The notes beneath the pieces were generated by a model that was given only the letters and a program-made list of their open reading frames with translations, was not told the DNA's origin and did no database searches. Position numbers and translations under genes: made by a program. DNA of 64,000 nucleotides from the human T2T-CHM13v2.0 reference genome, Homo sapiens, in the NCBI RefSeq assembly GCF_009914755.1, contig NC_060929.1. One strand, 5' to 3'. Positions 26,421-45,064 of this stretch are shown piece after piece (the first letter of the stretch is position 1; each line of letters opens with the position of its first letter).

Positions 26421-29400
26421 AATGAACTATTACAGGCCACAACATGAAGTTTTTTAAGCAAAAAAGATGTACATTAATTTCCTCAATATCTGCCATGCTG
26501 TACATACTTAGCTTTTTGAAATAGCATCTAGAGCCTGTGAAAATAGCAATAGACATTTTGGGGCTCTCTGATGTTCTTGCCATCCTTACTCTAAATTCAT
26601 TCACACCCAAAGTCTTCCTCGTGCTAGAATAAAGCCAGCATTCGATCCAAAAATACAACAGTTTGACCTGAGCTCTTCCGCCAAGATACAGTTCACTTGC
26701 AGTTGTGTGTTTCTAATGTTGGTGAAGAAAAGCCAGGAGCCTTCAATGTCCAGAAAGAGTTGGCAACACGGGTTGGCCAGTGGTGTCTATGTTGAGAGCT
26801 GGTTCACCTGCCCTCTTCAGAATGGTTGTCAAAATCTGTTCAGGAAGCCCTCAAGGAAGGCAGTTTTCAGGCTAGCCTATTGGTCCCCTCCCCCAGAGTA
26901 TGTTAGTTCAGCATCTGTCTCAGAACAAGAACTCAGTAAATATCTCACAAATTAATGAATAAATAATTAAACCAATGAATAAATAAATGAAATTCTACAA
27001 GAAAAGTCCAACAAGCCTGGAAAAAAGCTGTGCCACCATTAGTTATTCTAATACCCCTGCTCCCCCGTCACTGAAGGAAATAGATGCTGCACTGGGAGGA
27101 CATGTCATCTTCATCAAACCCCTGCCCGGTGGAAACACCAGGCAGGCAATAAGCCCCACAGAGCCCTCTCTCTGCACATTCCCATCCCTGTGCCTCACAG
27201 TCCCTTCCAACATAGGAGCCTGAGGATAGATCACAAACTTCCCAGCTGTTCCCTAGAGCCCTATCACCCAAGAAGGAGAAGGAGCTATGAGGAGGAGGCT
27301 GGGGTGGTAAGACTTGGGACCCCCACATGTATACACACATAGTCAGAGCAGCTCTGACTTTCATCTATTTTATATTTTAGTTTTCCACAGAAGATTCAAT
27401 GAGGTGGGCAAGTTTCCTCTCAAAAAAAAAAAAGAAAGAAAGAAAACACTGGTCTAGCTGCATATTACATGACTATAATCTCCCAGAGGGCAAGAGACTG
27501 GAATTGTACCACCATCCCCTAATACCTGGTACAATGCCATGAACTTGATCGGGAAGTGTCTTGGGGCATCAGGCAAGAAGTGCCAATTACCTGGGTCCTA
27601 ATCCCAGCTCCAACATAAACCTGCTGGGCAAGCTACATGATAAATACTGTTCCATCTTTACTCTTTAAAAAGTGCCACTCTGGAGATTTTTCTACACTAA
27701 CATCTCCTCATGAATACCTCATTCATGATTTTATCAGCTTAGTTGAAATGTTTTATTTTAGCTGAAGACATCTGAATCGAGCCTTCACTTTCACATTCGG
27801 TCAGCATCCTGCACACATGCATATGCACACGCTCTCACCCGCTCCATTCCCCAACACCGCAACCCACATCCCACCACACCCCGCATCCCATCCTGCCGCC
27901 CAGGGCACCCTGGGACTCCCCTGCATCCCTCTTTAGATGCCAATTAAGAAAATAAATAGTTCTTATTATCCACTTACCCTTAAATACCTTCCTTGAGAAG
28001 TACTTACATCGTTTTTAATGAAGTGATCTGGTGGACAAAGCAAAAACTAATCCAAATTGCCAAGAGCCCCCAGAAGTCCCAATAATTAGTTCTATTCTAT
28101 TCTCCCATAATGTAAGATATGGTTTTTAGCCTCTAAATATTTACTATTTATTATAGTAAGATGTGGTGTATCTAACTCAAACAGCTAGCGAGCTACCACT
28201 CTGCCCAACAGCTGTGCTTTCAAGTGGTTCAGTACATAACCACAAACACTGTGGCTGTATTGCTCTCTGTAAACACTATAAAAAGTCAAATATGCCTATA
28301 TGCTTCTCAAGTTCACTCAGACCAAAAAAAAACTCACCTGTCCCATATACTATCAATAAAATAACTCCAAAAAGTCCAAATAAATGCAGAATAAACATTT
28401 AAAATACTCTAGGCTGGATATCTTTTTACATTGTAATTCACTGTAATTAGTCAAATCCTGTCAGAATGTTGATACAGGATATTTGGTGAACTGGTCAAGT
28501 TTAATCATCTCTCTAAAATGAATGGCAAGAATATATTAATATATTATAAGGTCACTCTCCTGTCAAAGGTACAATTAATATAGACAGCACAGGTAAGCCA
28601 CCAAGGACTCCAAAAGTACAGAGAATAATGTAGAAACCTTTCCATATCTGTCAGCCCCTATCACCAGTTAACTATCAAATTTTGCCAATTCAACTACTTT
28701 TGAAAGGTCAATTTATAAATGTCTTATACTATAATCTTTTGTATGTGTGTTCACAGAAAATCAAACAGGCATGTGGCTGTTTGGGGGCAGAGAAATTAGA
28801 AGAGAGCACTATCCCCTCTGACGGGGCAGGTACTGCCTCATATGTTGCTTTGGGCTAAAACCCTGGGTCTCTAGGTGCTGAGAGAAGCTAGAAGGAAGGA
28901 TGACAAAGTCTGTAATTCCTGGGAAATGAGACAGGCAGCATAGCCCATCCAGGCTCTGACTCACTTGGAGACCTTCTCTCTTCTGGCTCCATCCATCCCC
29001 CACGTCAATCATAACAAAGAGGAAATCAGCTTTGCCCTCGGGGATGCATCTGGCAACAATTATGATTTGGGGGTGAGTCCAGGTTTAGTTAGGGTATAGG
29101 AGGTGCACTGACATTTGCTGAGTGCCAACTATGTGCCATGCAACACTTTACCTTAGTACCTCTCTACCCTGACAACCAGTTCATCATCACCTGGAAAACA
29201 GGAAGGAAACGTGGGAAGGCCTGGGACCACTCCAAACCAAGTATTTCACAGTCAGAACAATTACTTTACCGTAATCCTCTCAACAGCCTCATAAACTAGG
29301 TACTGCTGTGCTCAGATATGACATAGACATTAAACAGCAGGGCCAGAATTTAGAGCCATGGCTATCTTCTTTCTAAAGTCCTACTCTTTTCCCTGACCGC

Positions 29401-29639
29401 AGCACTAGAGACTAGCTAGTCTGGTCCTCATTTAGACCATACAATCAATTCAGAAAGTAACTAGATACTTCATATGTATTTTAAATGGAATAAATGAATA
29501 TATCATGTTCTAAAACTTGAATTAGAAAGGTAAGTTTGTCCAAGTAGATCAGATTAATGAAACAAAGAATCAGACTGCAAATGTAGGCCCAGGTTAACAA
29601 AGAGTGCAAAGCCTTTCATTCCTTCACTGTGGATAAAAT

Positions 29640-30100
29640 GTTCACTCTATTCGTCATCTCTTCAAATATTCTTCAGTCTCCTTGCCTGTTTTCTGACTGG
29701 GATTCCAATTACATCACTGTTAGTTTGATATTGTCCCACAGCTCTTGGATAGTCTGCTCTGAGTTTATTTTTGTTTTGTCTTGGTTTTCACTTTTTTTCC
29801 TTTGTGCTTCAGTTGGGGCAATTTCTACTGACTTGTCTTCAAGTACCCTACTTCCTCAGCACAGTCACGTCTGCTACTGAGAATAACAAAGTTATTAGTC
29901 TTTCACTGTGTTTTTCATCTCCAGCATTTCCATTTGGTCCCTTTTTATGGTCTCCATCTCTCTGTCAATACCCTTATATGTTCATCCATGCTATCCCCCT
30001 TTTGCACTGGACACTTTAATATATTAATCATTACTACTTAAATTTTCTTTCTGATAATTCTAACATCAGAGTCATATCTGAGTCTGATTCTTTTGGTGCA
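29640..30100 (-). mobile_element. Old L1M ORF1-region remnant
   Basis: TTTGATATTGTCCCACAGCTCTTGGAT...CTGATAATTCTAACATC antisense L1MD/ME pattern. Confidence 0.6.
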
Positions 30101-30484
30101 GGACAGGGGCAGCCCTACACCCTGCATCTGGTGAAGGATGTGTAGGAACAGGATTTCCCTGAAGTGGGGTGGGTGGGAGAAAGGTAATTGCAACTTGCTT
30201 GATTTTCTGACCTGTGGACTTAGAATGAACTTTGTCATGAGAACAGACTTTTATGGGGTTCCCACCAAATCTTTCTGGTTGCAATTTGGTCAGTTAGATG
30301 TGGTCTAGGACTGGAGGTTTCTATGTGGTGGGTTTTCTACGTAATGAAGCTGCTAGACCATTCTGCCCACCCCTGCTCCCCAGCCCAATGGAAGGTCTGC
30401 ATCTCATGTCATCCCACGAGGCCACTCACTGCCTCTCACTATTCTGCGCCTCTCATGATCACTTGCACAGTCCCCTCATTTCTT

Positions 30485-31138
30485 TTTTATTAACCACTTT
30501 ATTGAGATATAATTTCCATACCATAGAATTTACCATTTAAAATGTACAGTTCAATGATTTCGGGTATATTACATTATTAATTTGAAAAATTTTTGTAAAT
30601 GTAGGTAGCGAACTTTGCCATTTTAACCATTTTTAATTGTATAATTCAGTGGCATTAATTATATTCACAATGTTATGCAACCATCACTACTATGTATTTC
30701 TAAAATTTTTTCATCACCCTAAACAGAAACTCTGTAATCATTAAACAACAACTCCTCGTTCCCCTCTCTCTCTAGCCCCTCATAGCTTCTAATCTACTTT
30801 CTGTGTCCATGGATTTGCCTATTCTAGGTATATTATGTAACTAGAATCATACAATATTTGTCCCTTGATCTGGCTTATTTCACTTAGCACAATGTCTTCA
30901 AGGTTTATCACATTGTAGCATGGATCAAATCTTCATCCTTTCCTATGACTGGGTAATATTCCATTGTTTATCCACTCATCTGTTGAAGGACATTTGGGTT
31001 ATATCCACCTTTTGGTTATTGAGAATAATGCTGTACAAGAGTCTGTTCTAGTCCTGGCTTTCAGTCTCTTTGAGTATGTTCCTAGGAGTGAAATTGCTGG
31101 GTCATATGGTAATTCTATGCTTAGCTTTTTGAGGAACC
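30485..31138 (-). mobile_element. L1MB4-like 3' fragment inserted into L2
   Basis: Antisense L1MB 3'UTR; flanking CTCATTTCTT repeats as TSD. Confidence 0.8.
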
Positions 31139-31149
31139 CTCTCATTTCT

Positions 31150-32350
<1,201 letters not shown>

Positions 32351-32367
32351 TAAAAATAGCCTCCCTT

Positions 32368-32423
32368 TGCACTCCAGCCTGGGTGACAGAGCGAGACTCC
32401 ATCTCAAAAAAAAAAAAAAAAAA
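32368..32423 (+). mobile_element. Extremely 5'-truncated Alu (about 38 bp plus poly-A)
   Basis: TGCACTCCAGCCTGGGTGACAGAGCGAGACTCCATCTC-An; TSD AGYCTCCCTT. Confidence 0.85.
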
Positions 32424-33390
32424 GTCTCCCTTGGCCTCACTTTTCTTCCCAATTACTTCCTGCACCATGAGGCAAGACAAGTAGAGAAGCCCATTGCCAG
32501 CCCCACACTCCAATCCAGCCCACTGTTTCCTGGCCCTGCCCCCAAATTCCTCTTATCATCTCTTTGTGGAAACTCATTATCACTGAACAAACTAATTTTA
32601 ACCCCTCTTATCTGTTCCTTCCCTTCCATCCCCACAGCCTCTGTTAGTACAGATCTGTTCTATAATTTCCTAACTAATTACCCTGCTCTAGCCTCACTTC
32701 CTCCTCCATCACTGGAAACTTTCAGCCTCCCCCTGCTAATATGAGTTTCTGTCATTCCCTCCCATTAAACACTTCCATCCTTAGTAAGCATTCACTCTAG
32801 GTTAAAATTGGGTATTGCTATGAAAACACTGCTCCAAGATACTTTCCAAATTCCCCCTTCCAACAGATTGCTGCTCCTTAAACCTCCTAGATACAGACAT
32901 TCCAGAGCTGCCACTGCCTCCACATTGGTGTCAGAGTGGTCTCTCTAATGAAGACAGAATCCTATGCCTGCTTCAAACTCTTCACTGGCTCCCCATTGTC
33001 CTGTGAGAGTCTATCTACCTTATTTGCCATGGTGCTGAAAGTTCTCCATAATGTTCCTCTCTCTCTAACCTCATCTCTTACTTCTTCCACACGTAGGCTC
33101 CTGAAACACTGAGCTAGGTATAGTTCCCAGGTTCTGTATATAATCCAGGTCCTTAGGCCCAGATTTATCTATTCATCCAGCACCGTACCAGCACATAAGA
33201 AGCACCTGAGCAAACACATGCTGAGTGAATACACTTATTGAAATCATATTCTATACCAATTCCATATGTTAGGAAAATTATTCCACATCAGCTTCAAGTG
33301 CCCAAGATTCATTGTTATAAGGCAACATTTACTTTTCATGCCTTTTGCAGTTTGGAACACAATAGACCATCATTAAAGACTGAGTGAGTG

Positions 33391-33432
33391 GGTGGATGGA
33401 TGGATGGATGGATGGATGGATGGATGGATGGA
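33391..33432. repeat. (TGGA)n microsatellite
   Basis: About 10 TGGA units. Confidence 0.9.
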
Positions 33433-34057
33433 GAACTGTGAGAGAAGATAAGTAACATTAGGAGAACTTCCCCTCTCAATGGTGAGTTCTTGAGTACAGA
33501 GAACGTGTCTTAATTCTTTGCATTTTCAATGCTCAAAATACAGTCTAACACAAAAAGTTATTAACAAATATGAGAAGAATAAATGAATGTGAAATTACAT
33601 GAATTATATACATATTATTTCAATTGTAAACCTTGATTTAACAGATATAGTGTTCGATTAACTATCTTATGTGAAATCACGTTTCAGATATAAAAAGTCC
33701 AAATATAGAAATTTCTACTAACTAGAAAAAAATTTCGATCATTAAAATAAATCTTCACATCTGAAACAACATGTAAATATTATAACTGCTACTGTCACCT
33801 ATCTTTAGGGGTATCAATACTCTAAAAAAAGGGTAAAATAAAATATATAGTAGATCATATGTAGGAAAAAATTTCATGATTAATATTTCTTAAAAACAAA
33901 GTTCTATTATTTTATTAACAATTTTTGTCCTTTAACACATTCATTGTAAAATGTTAAAGCTATAGAACTATAATTAAATAAAAGGAAGAAAATAAACAAT
34001 CACCCATAATCACCAGGGATAACTCTTGTTAACATTTGGTATTAAAATATGTTCTGG

Positions 34058-34291
34058 CATGGACACAGGGAAGGGAAAAAAACACACTGGGGCCTGTCAG
34101 CGGGGGCAAGGGGAGGGAGAGCATCAGGATAAGTAGCTAATGCATGCTGGGCTTAGTACCTAGGTGATGGGTTGATAGGTGCAGCAAACCACCATAATAC
34201 ACTTTTACCTATGTAACAAACCTGCGCGTCCTGCACGTTGCACATGTATCCCAGAATTTAAAATAAAATAGACTTTTTAAAAAAAGAAAAT
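34058..34291 (+). mobile_element. 5'-truncated older L1PA (PA12/13-like) 3' end
   Basis: AGCATCAGGATAAGTAGCTAATGCATGCTGGGCTTAGTACCTAGG; TSD AAATATGTTCT. Confidence 0.85.
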
Positions 34292-34394
34292 AAATATGTT
34301 CTAGTATTCTTCTTCATGTGTGTTTAAATGTATATGTGCATGTACATAATATAAACAAAATGAGAATATTATATAACCCGCTTTTTTTAGCAAT

Positions 34395-36700
34395 TGTTTC
34401 TGAAAAGCAAAGCCTGAAGAACAAGCTGAGATGCTACTATTTTATTAAGCACTATGATACCAGAGAAGCAGGGCAAAGAAGGAGAGAGGCAGGGAAGAAG
34501 TCTCTAGAGGGTGCACTGCCATTATGGCCACCTCTGGTATGAGGTGCAGCGGATGCCTGAACTCATGGAACCACCCTCTGAACTGAGCTGCCTTGTCTCA
34601 GTCTAGTCCACCCAGGCAGGCAAAGGGGAATGTTTACACTAGCTTCTGTCTCTCATTGGTCAGCTTTTACCCTGAAGGGCATTTACTGTCCCATCTCCAC
34701 TTCTGAATTATGTGTGGGCACTAGGAAGACCTTTGGCATCTGACACTCCAGTGGCCATGAGGAAAAGAGGTGGAATATGAGAGATACGTTGTTAGGGCAT
34801 AAGCTAAGGCGACATTGGGTGGTGTCTATGTGAAGTTGGTTGTAGCCCATGCAGCCCAAGGATTAAGTGGCCTAAGAACAGATGAGGCAGAGATCATCTG
34901 GTGTATACTTAAAGATGTGGGACATAGATTCATTAGTGCTGTCCCATTACAACTGACCTCTATAGTAAAATATGACATCTCCATTTTCATGAGAATAGCC
35001 TTGTCCTCACTTCTTCCCCACAGAGGTTAGGTTGGGGGTGGAGTCAGCGTCCCCTCCAAGTTGGTGGCCAGCCACAATTTCTAAAAAAGCTTAAGGCAAG
35101 AGTGTTAATGAAAAAAAGCTACAGTCTCTTCTACCACAGTTATTCCCACATTGAAATATGTCATCTCCTTTCTCTGCCACTCATTCCAGAATTTTCTCAA
35201 CTTTGGCCAGGAATTTGACTGCTCTTGGATTCTCTCCTGGTATAATCACCCACACTTTCATCCCCAGGGAGCCCAAGCCCTTCATTGCCTTGCCTTTATC
35301 AGGTCATGATCTCTGCAACTGCTCATTTACCATTGTCCTTGGGCACAGAAAGTCCAGGCGATACCCAGTGAATCCTCTGGGTTCCATATATACTCCTCCC
35401 TGTTCACAGTGTGTGACAACACCCCTAGCTATCCTCTGCTTTCCTTTTGGTAAACAGGGTCAATTATAATCACCCCATCCCAGTATAATAAGTCTGTTCT
35501 TTGCTTTCTGGTCCACTGACATGAGGGACCTAAATTGGCTATATTAGTCCCATCTTCCAGTTGGATGGAGCTCTTACTGTCTTACTTTGTCCTGGGAAGA
35601 AGCAGTTCCCCACCCTCCCTGATCCTGAACCGAGGCCTCTGTACCCATCAGAACCTAACATTACAGAGATGAAAAGGACAAATTGTACAAAAGAGTCACA
35701 GGGAATCTTCATAAGAGGGACCATTCCTGCTCCTTTGCCCCTGTAGATTTGCATAATCTGGTTTCGGGAGACACAGCCCCATAATATTGGCCATTGCTTC
35801 AACATCTCAAACCACCAGAAGTTTTTTCTCAACTGCCACCTTTCCTATGCCTCTGTTAGGCTACTCTGCCCTTCCATTAGGTTGGCTATTTTTTCGGATA
35901 ATGGATTACATGGGACCCAGTGGTCATTTTCCCTGGTTTCACTTCCTCTGGGATAAAATATGTCCCTTGGTCTGAAGCTATGTTGTGTAAACATCATGTC
36001 AATGTGTCAATCAATGTGTTCCTAGATGCACTGCTAGCAAGGAAGGTAAACCCACATCTGGAGTAGGAATCAATTATAAGAAATGAGGCCTGGTGTGGTG
36101 GCTCACGCCTGTAATCTTAGCCCTTTGGGAGGCCAAGGCAGGAGGATCACTTGTGGCCAGGAGCTAGAGACCAGATAGGGCAACATAGCAAGACTCCATC
36201 TCTACAAAAAGTAAATTTTTTAAACATTAGCTGGGCACAGTGACATGTGCCTGTAGTACCAGCAACTCGGGAGGCTGAGGTGGGAGGATCGCTGGACCCC
36301 AGGAGTTGAAGGCTGCAGTGAGCTATCATCACACCACTGGAGCTCAGCCTGAGCTACAGAGCAAGATCCCATCTCTAAAATATATATATACAATTTCTAA
36401 TTTTAGAAAAAAATAGTTGTTGCCCCTGTCAGGGTGTAATTGAAATGGTGCCATACTAAGAGCTGAGCATGAGTCTCTGCTGCTGGCAAGGGGGCACTCA
36501 GCAGTGGTGGTAGCTGGATTGCCTTGGTGATAAGAAGCCCCTACCACCAGGCACCTTGGCCTGAGGACAGGTTGTGTAAATATCATTTCAATAGATCAAT
36601 CCCTCTCTCGAAGCCTCCAGCCCTACTACATGGCCACTTTGGTCATGGCTCATTGTGTCAGCACCAGAATGGCAAGGAAATCCTAAATGATACCCACTTT
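34395..36700 (-). mobile_element. Ancient ERVL: LTR (about 34395-34925) plus internal integrase-region remnant
   Basis: Minus strand 36450-36660 matches the ERVL integrase Zn-finger region (CACCAAGGC...ACTGCTGAGTGCCC...CCAGCAGCAGAGAC; peptide ATTTAECP). Confidence 0.65.
36087..36400 (+). mobile_element. AluJ
   Basis: GGGCAACATAGCAAGAC, GGTGGGAGGATCGC, GGCTGCAGTGAGCTAT diagnostics. Confidence 0.9.
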
Positions 36701-36984
36701 ATGAGTTTCTCTATTCATACATTGGACAGTGGAGTTTTAAGTTGTGTAAATAGAGAAGAGAGGAGAGAGTGAGAAAGAGTGAAAGGGAGATATGAGCAAT
36801 GGTTTTGGTGTCCTGGTGGGATCAAAGGATCAGTAGTTGAGGCTACTAAAGAGAGTGAGCTGGAAATAGGGACAGTAATAGAGAAGGATCCATGAAAGTG
36901 AGATGAGGGAGGGGTTGCAAATGCTGGAGCTATCAAGGTCTGGGGTATGACCACAGGAATGAGTGGCTGAGGGAGGTTGGATCA

Positions 36985-37215
36985 CCTTGGTCTCAAGGCT
37001 AGCACCCTCATGACGCAATTGCACATGTGTTCTCTCAGTTTGGGCTGGTACAAACCCATCAGGTCCTGTAATTCCTTTGGCATATAAGCTACTTTCTCCC
37101 AGAGCAACAACCATAGTTCTCCACTCAGGTTATGCTGAGATTTGACTCCAGTTGTCAGTCTGGAGTCAATAGGGGTGGCAAGGGCAGAGCCTTTCAAAAA
37201 GAAAACTCCTCCTTC
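36985..37215 (-). pseudogene. ERVL gag remnant
   Basis: SRLTTGVKSQHNLSGE...YMPKELQDLMGLYQPKLREHMCNCVMRVL resembles ERVL Gag RPITRLKSQ...YTPKEL...WILRV. Confidence 0.65.
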
Positions 37216-37239
37216 TGCAGATGCATGCACTGCATTGTC

Positions 37240-37465
37240 TCCAAGCCAAGGAATGCATACAGCCTCTGGGATCTGGAAAGGGCAAGGAAATGGATTCTCC
37301 CCAGAGCCCCTAGGAAGGAACACAGCCTTGCCAAGACCTTCATTTTAGCCCAGTGACACCCATGTCAGATTCCTGACCTACTGAACTGTAAAATAATAAA
37401 TTTGTGTTTTTTTAAGCCACTAAGTTTGTGGCGATCAACAACAGCAGCCGTAGGAAACTAATACT
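37240..37465 (+). mobile_element. MLT1 (C/D-like) LTR 3' part
   Basis: GGCAAGGAAATGGATTCTCCCCAGAGCC...AATAAATTTGTGTTTTTTTAAGCCACTAAGTTTGTGG. Confidence 0.85.
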
Positions 37466-38230
37466 CTTAACTAATTCCTTGTTTGGCGGCATTTTGATTA
37501 TTTTCAACTTTTTTCTCATTATAAACAATAATACAATGAAACTGCTTATAGCTTAATTCTTTCACATGTCCACAATTTTTCTTAGTTCGTAGATATAACT
37601 TGTTGGGTCAAAGACTCTATAAAATTTAATAGCCCTTTATATGTATTGCCTTCCAGAAAGACAATAGTAGTCTGAAATACCATCAGCACTTGAAAATTTC
37701 CAACAACAGAAAGTGTCCTTCTTTTTGGTTTTTTTTCTTAGCAATTTGAAAGGCAAAAATAGTACCTAAGTGTTTTAAATTGCATTTTCATTACTGATAA
37801 GCTTGTGCTATATGTTTAAGCATTCTTCTATAGAACAGGCACATAGCAGCCGTTTTAATTTCTTCTTTTGTAAATTATTTCAAATCCTCCATTCATTTTC
37901 TTTTCAGGTGTTCACTTTTCTTACTGCTTTGTAAAAATATCCATTTATGTCACACATATTGAAAATAGCTTCAATTTGATTTTAATGTTTGATATTTTAA
38001 GATACAGAAGTTTTAACTTTTTATAATCAAATCTATCAATATTTTCCTTTATAATTTCTGCATTTAGTATCACATTTAGAAGTACCTTTCTCATTTCTAC
38101 ATTTGTATAAATATTCATCCATATCTTCATTTAGTGCTTTTATGGTTGAATGCTGTGAGTTAAGAATCTAACTTCAGTTTTTCCTCAATGATTACCAGTC
38201 TCAATAAAGAATGCATCAAATGTCTATCCT
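37465..38230 (-). mobile_element. Old L1ME ORF2 remnant
   Basis: Minus-strand peptide IIKENIDRFDYKKLK resembles L1 ORF2 [11 protein letters not shown]. Confidence 0.6.
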
Positions 38231-39066
38231 TTCTCTACTATAATAGATTTGAAGATGATATTTCAAAACAAATTGATACAGACTTGAATTCTCAGCTTTT
38301 AAATAAACTCCTACTTGAAAGTGAAAAAGTTATCAAAGAAGAGCGATTTGTTTTAATGTTTTAGATTCTCAGTCTCACAACTTCACATTTACATTTATGT
38401 AGCAGACCTCTAACGCCTGAGGAAATGATCTCACTTGTGAAACAAGTAACCACACCACAGACAAAATGGTTATATTTTCCAGTAATAAAACACCCAAATC
38501 TTCAGCAGCACAGCAGAGAAAGAAAAATCCCACATCCTTTGTGTTTCATTGTATATTACTAATGTCATACCTGAAACTGAAAGATCTCCATATGTGGATC
38601 ACAGAAGCCAGGAAAATTTTTTTTCCCTTCTCTTTCCCTACTACCATGCTTCTCCTTCTAATTCCTGGAGATAAGACATGTTTTCATAGCTCTTCAGTAT
38701 TGCTCATGAGAAAGTAGAATCCTATATTGGCTTAAATAATGTTTCACATCATGTAAAAAGGCAAAAGTAATCATAACTTAATTTCCAATCATTTTTAATG
38801 TTACCATTTGTCTTTCTAAAAGGAACATTGGCTTTTTAAGAAGAAAATATGCCTTATGTGTCTACAGCAAAAATATGAAAGCATCGACTATATCTGGTGG
38901 CTCTCATAAATTCATGTCAGATCTACAGAGCAAAACCTTTAAGTGAAAAACTGACAAAGCCACTAAATCAGGGATGTATAAATTACTCACTAACTGGATC
39001 TTCCAGTTATACAAATCCAACTGAATGGTCATAGTCCTCTATAAATCTTTTAACTTTTGGTTTCAT

Positions 39067-39356
<290 letters not shown>

Positions 39357-39499
39357 CTTTTGGGTTCAGAATTTGTTTTTGACTATTTCCAGTGGTGAAG
39401 ATGATAAAGAAAATAACATCAATGTGCACATGTACCCTAAAATTTAAAGTATAATACTAATAATAATAAAACAATGAACTATATGTACTATATATATAC

Positions 39500-40160
39500 C
39501 TATATATATTTGCCAACACTTAATAAAACTTTAAAATAGAAGTATTCTAAGTACTTCATATATATTAATTCATTTAATCTTCTTAAGTATTGTTGTTATC
39601 AGCCCCATTTCACATGTGAGGAAACTAAGACACAGAGAGGTTAAGTAAATGTAATAAGGTTTATCATCTGGTGAGTAGCAGGATTGGTAAATGAGCCCAG
39701 AGCTCATATTCTTAACCACACATTGTGATATAATTCAATGATACCTTCAGAGCCAGGGTTGTTCACATGAGATCCACGAGCTAATTCACAGCCATGGGTG
39801 GGCATCAGGAAGTCTGTGAATCTCCCAAAACTGTATGTAAATATTTACATGCACATGTATATCTATACTTCATCAGATTCTCAAAAGGCTCTGTAATTTA
39901 AAAAAAAAACATGTAAAGAGCTACTACTTTAGGAGTCAGTGCTTCATAATGGAAACAGTAGGGGTTTTGCCTGATATGAAACTGGTTAGAACACCACTTT
40001 GCCATTTATTAGCTGTGTGAACTAGGACAAGTTAATTGCCCTGTCTAAACTTCATCTTCCTTATCTCTACATGGAAATAATAACACCTACCTTGCATTGT
40101 AATAATTAGAGCCAGTGTCTGACACTAACAGGTGCCTGGTAAGTCATAGCTGCTTTCATT
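39500..40160. mobile_element. Cluster of MIR (-), hAT-type MITE and MIR (+) fragments
   Basis: GAGGAAACTAAGACACAGAGAGGTTAAGT; CATCAGATTCTCAAAAGG; TAGCTGTGTGA...CAAGTTA cores. Confidence 0.6.
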
Positions 40161-40215
40161 AATGTTGTTTCTGTAGTTGTTGATTTTTTCCTTTGATTTT
40201 AATATAGCTTACTAA

Positions 40216-40436
<221 letters not shown>

Positions 40437-41174
40437 TAAGATTTTTAAGGCCCATAACATAGTGTCCAACTGAGACTGAGAAAATCCAGTCTAAAATAGG
40501 AAGTGAATGGGAAGGAGTTAGGAGGAGGGGTCCCTTCCCACTCTACCCTGTGATGGTGGGTCTCTAATCTTTTTCTTTCTTGAGCTTTAAGAAATTTCCT
40601 GACATTCCCTAATTCCCAAGGATAAGAAGGAGATATATATTAGAGATATACATCACGTTAAAGGTGCTTTGAACTCTTAGGGCAGAGAAGTACTGTTTAA
40701 ATTCAAGATACTATTATCCAGAGAGATTATGGAAAATTGTAGAAGCTCAAATAAACCTAACCTGAACAATTAAAGAATGACAGCAAATCAAGTTGGAGAT
40801 TAAAAAAATCACTTTGCTAACAGTTAAATTTTATGGACTGGCTGTAAGATACATGTCAAGTCTGCACTTCGAAAGCTTTAAACATAATGAACCATTAAGC
40901 TCAATTTAATATTCCTCTGTGGGTGATCCGTTTCATTCTCATAACCCTTGACTATATTGCCTTTTTTTATTATTATACTTTAAGTTTTAGGGTACATGTG
41001 CACAATGTGCAAGTTTGTTACATATGTATACATGTGCCATGTTGGTGTGCTGCACCCATTAACTCGTCATTTAACATTAGGTATGTCTCCTAATGCTATC
41101 CCTCCCCCTCCCCCCACCCCACACAGTCCCCGGTGTGTGATGTTCCCCTTCCTGTGTCCATGTGTTCTCATTGT

Positions 41175-44996
<3,822 letters not shown>

Positions 44997-45064
44997 TATG
45001 ATGTTAGCTGGTTATTTTGCTCATTAGTTGATGCAGTTTCTTCCTAGCCTCGATGGTCTTTACA

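Noticed and set aside
30485-30660. Apparent double L1 3' end suggesting a transduction
   Set aside because: The tandem 3' extension is part of the L1MB4-type consensus as I recall it
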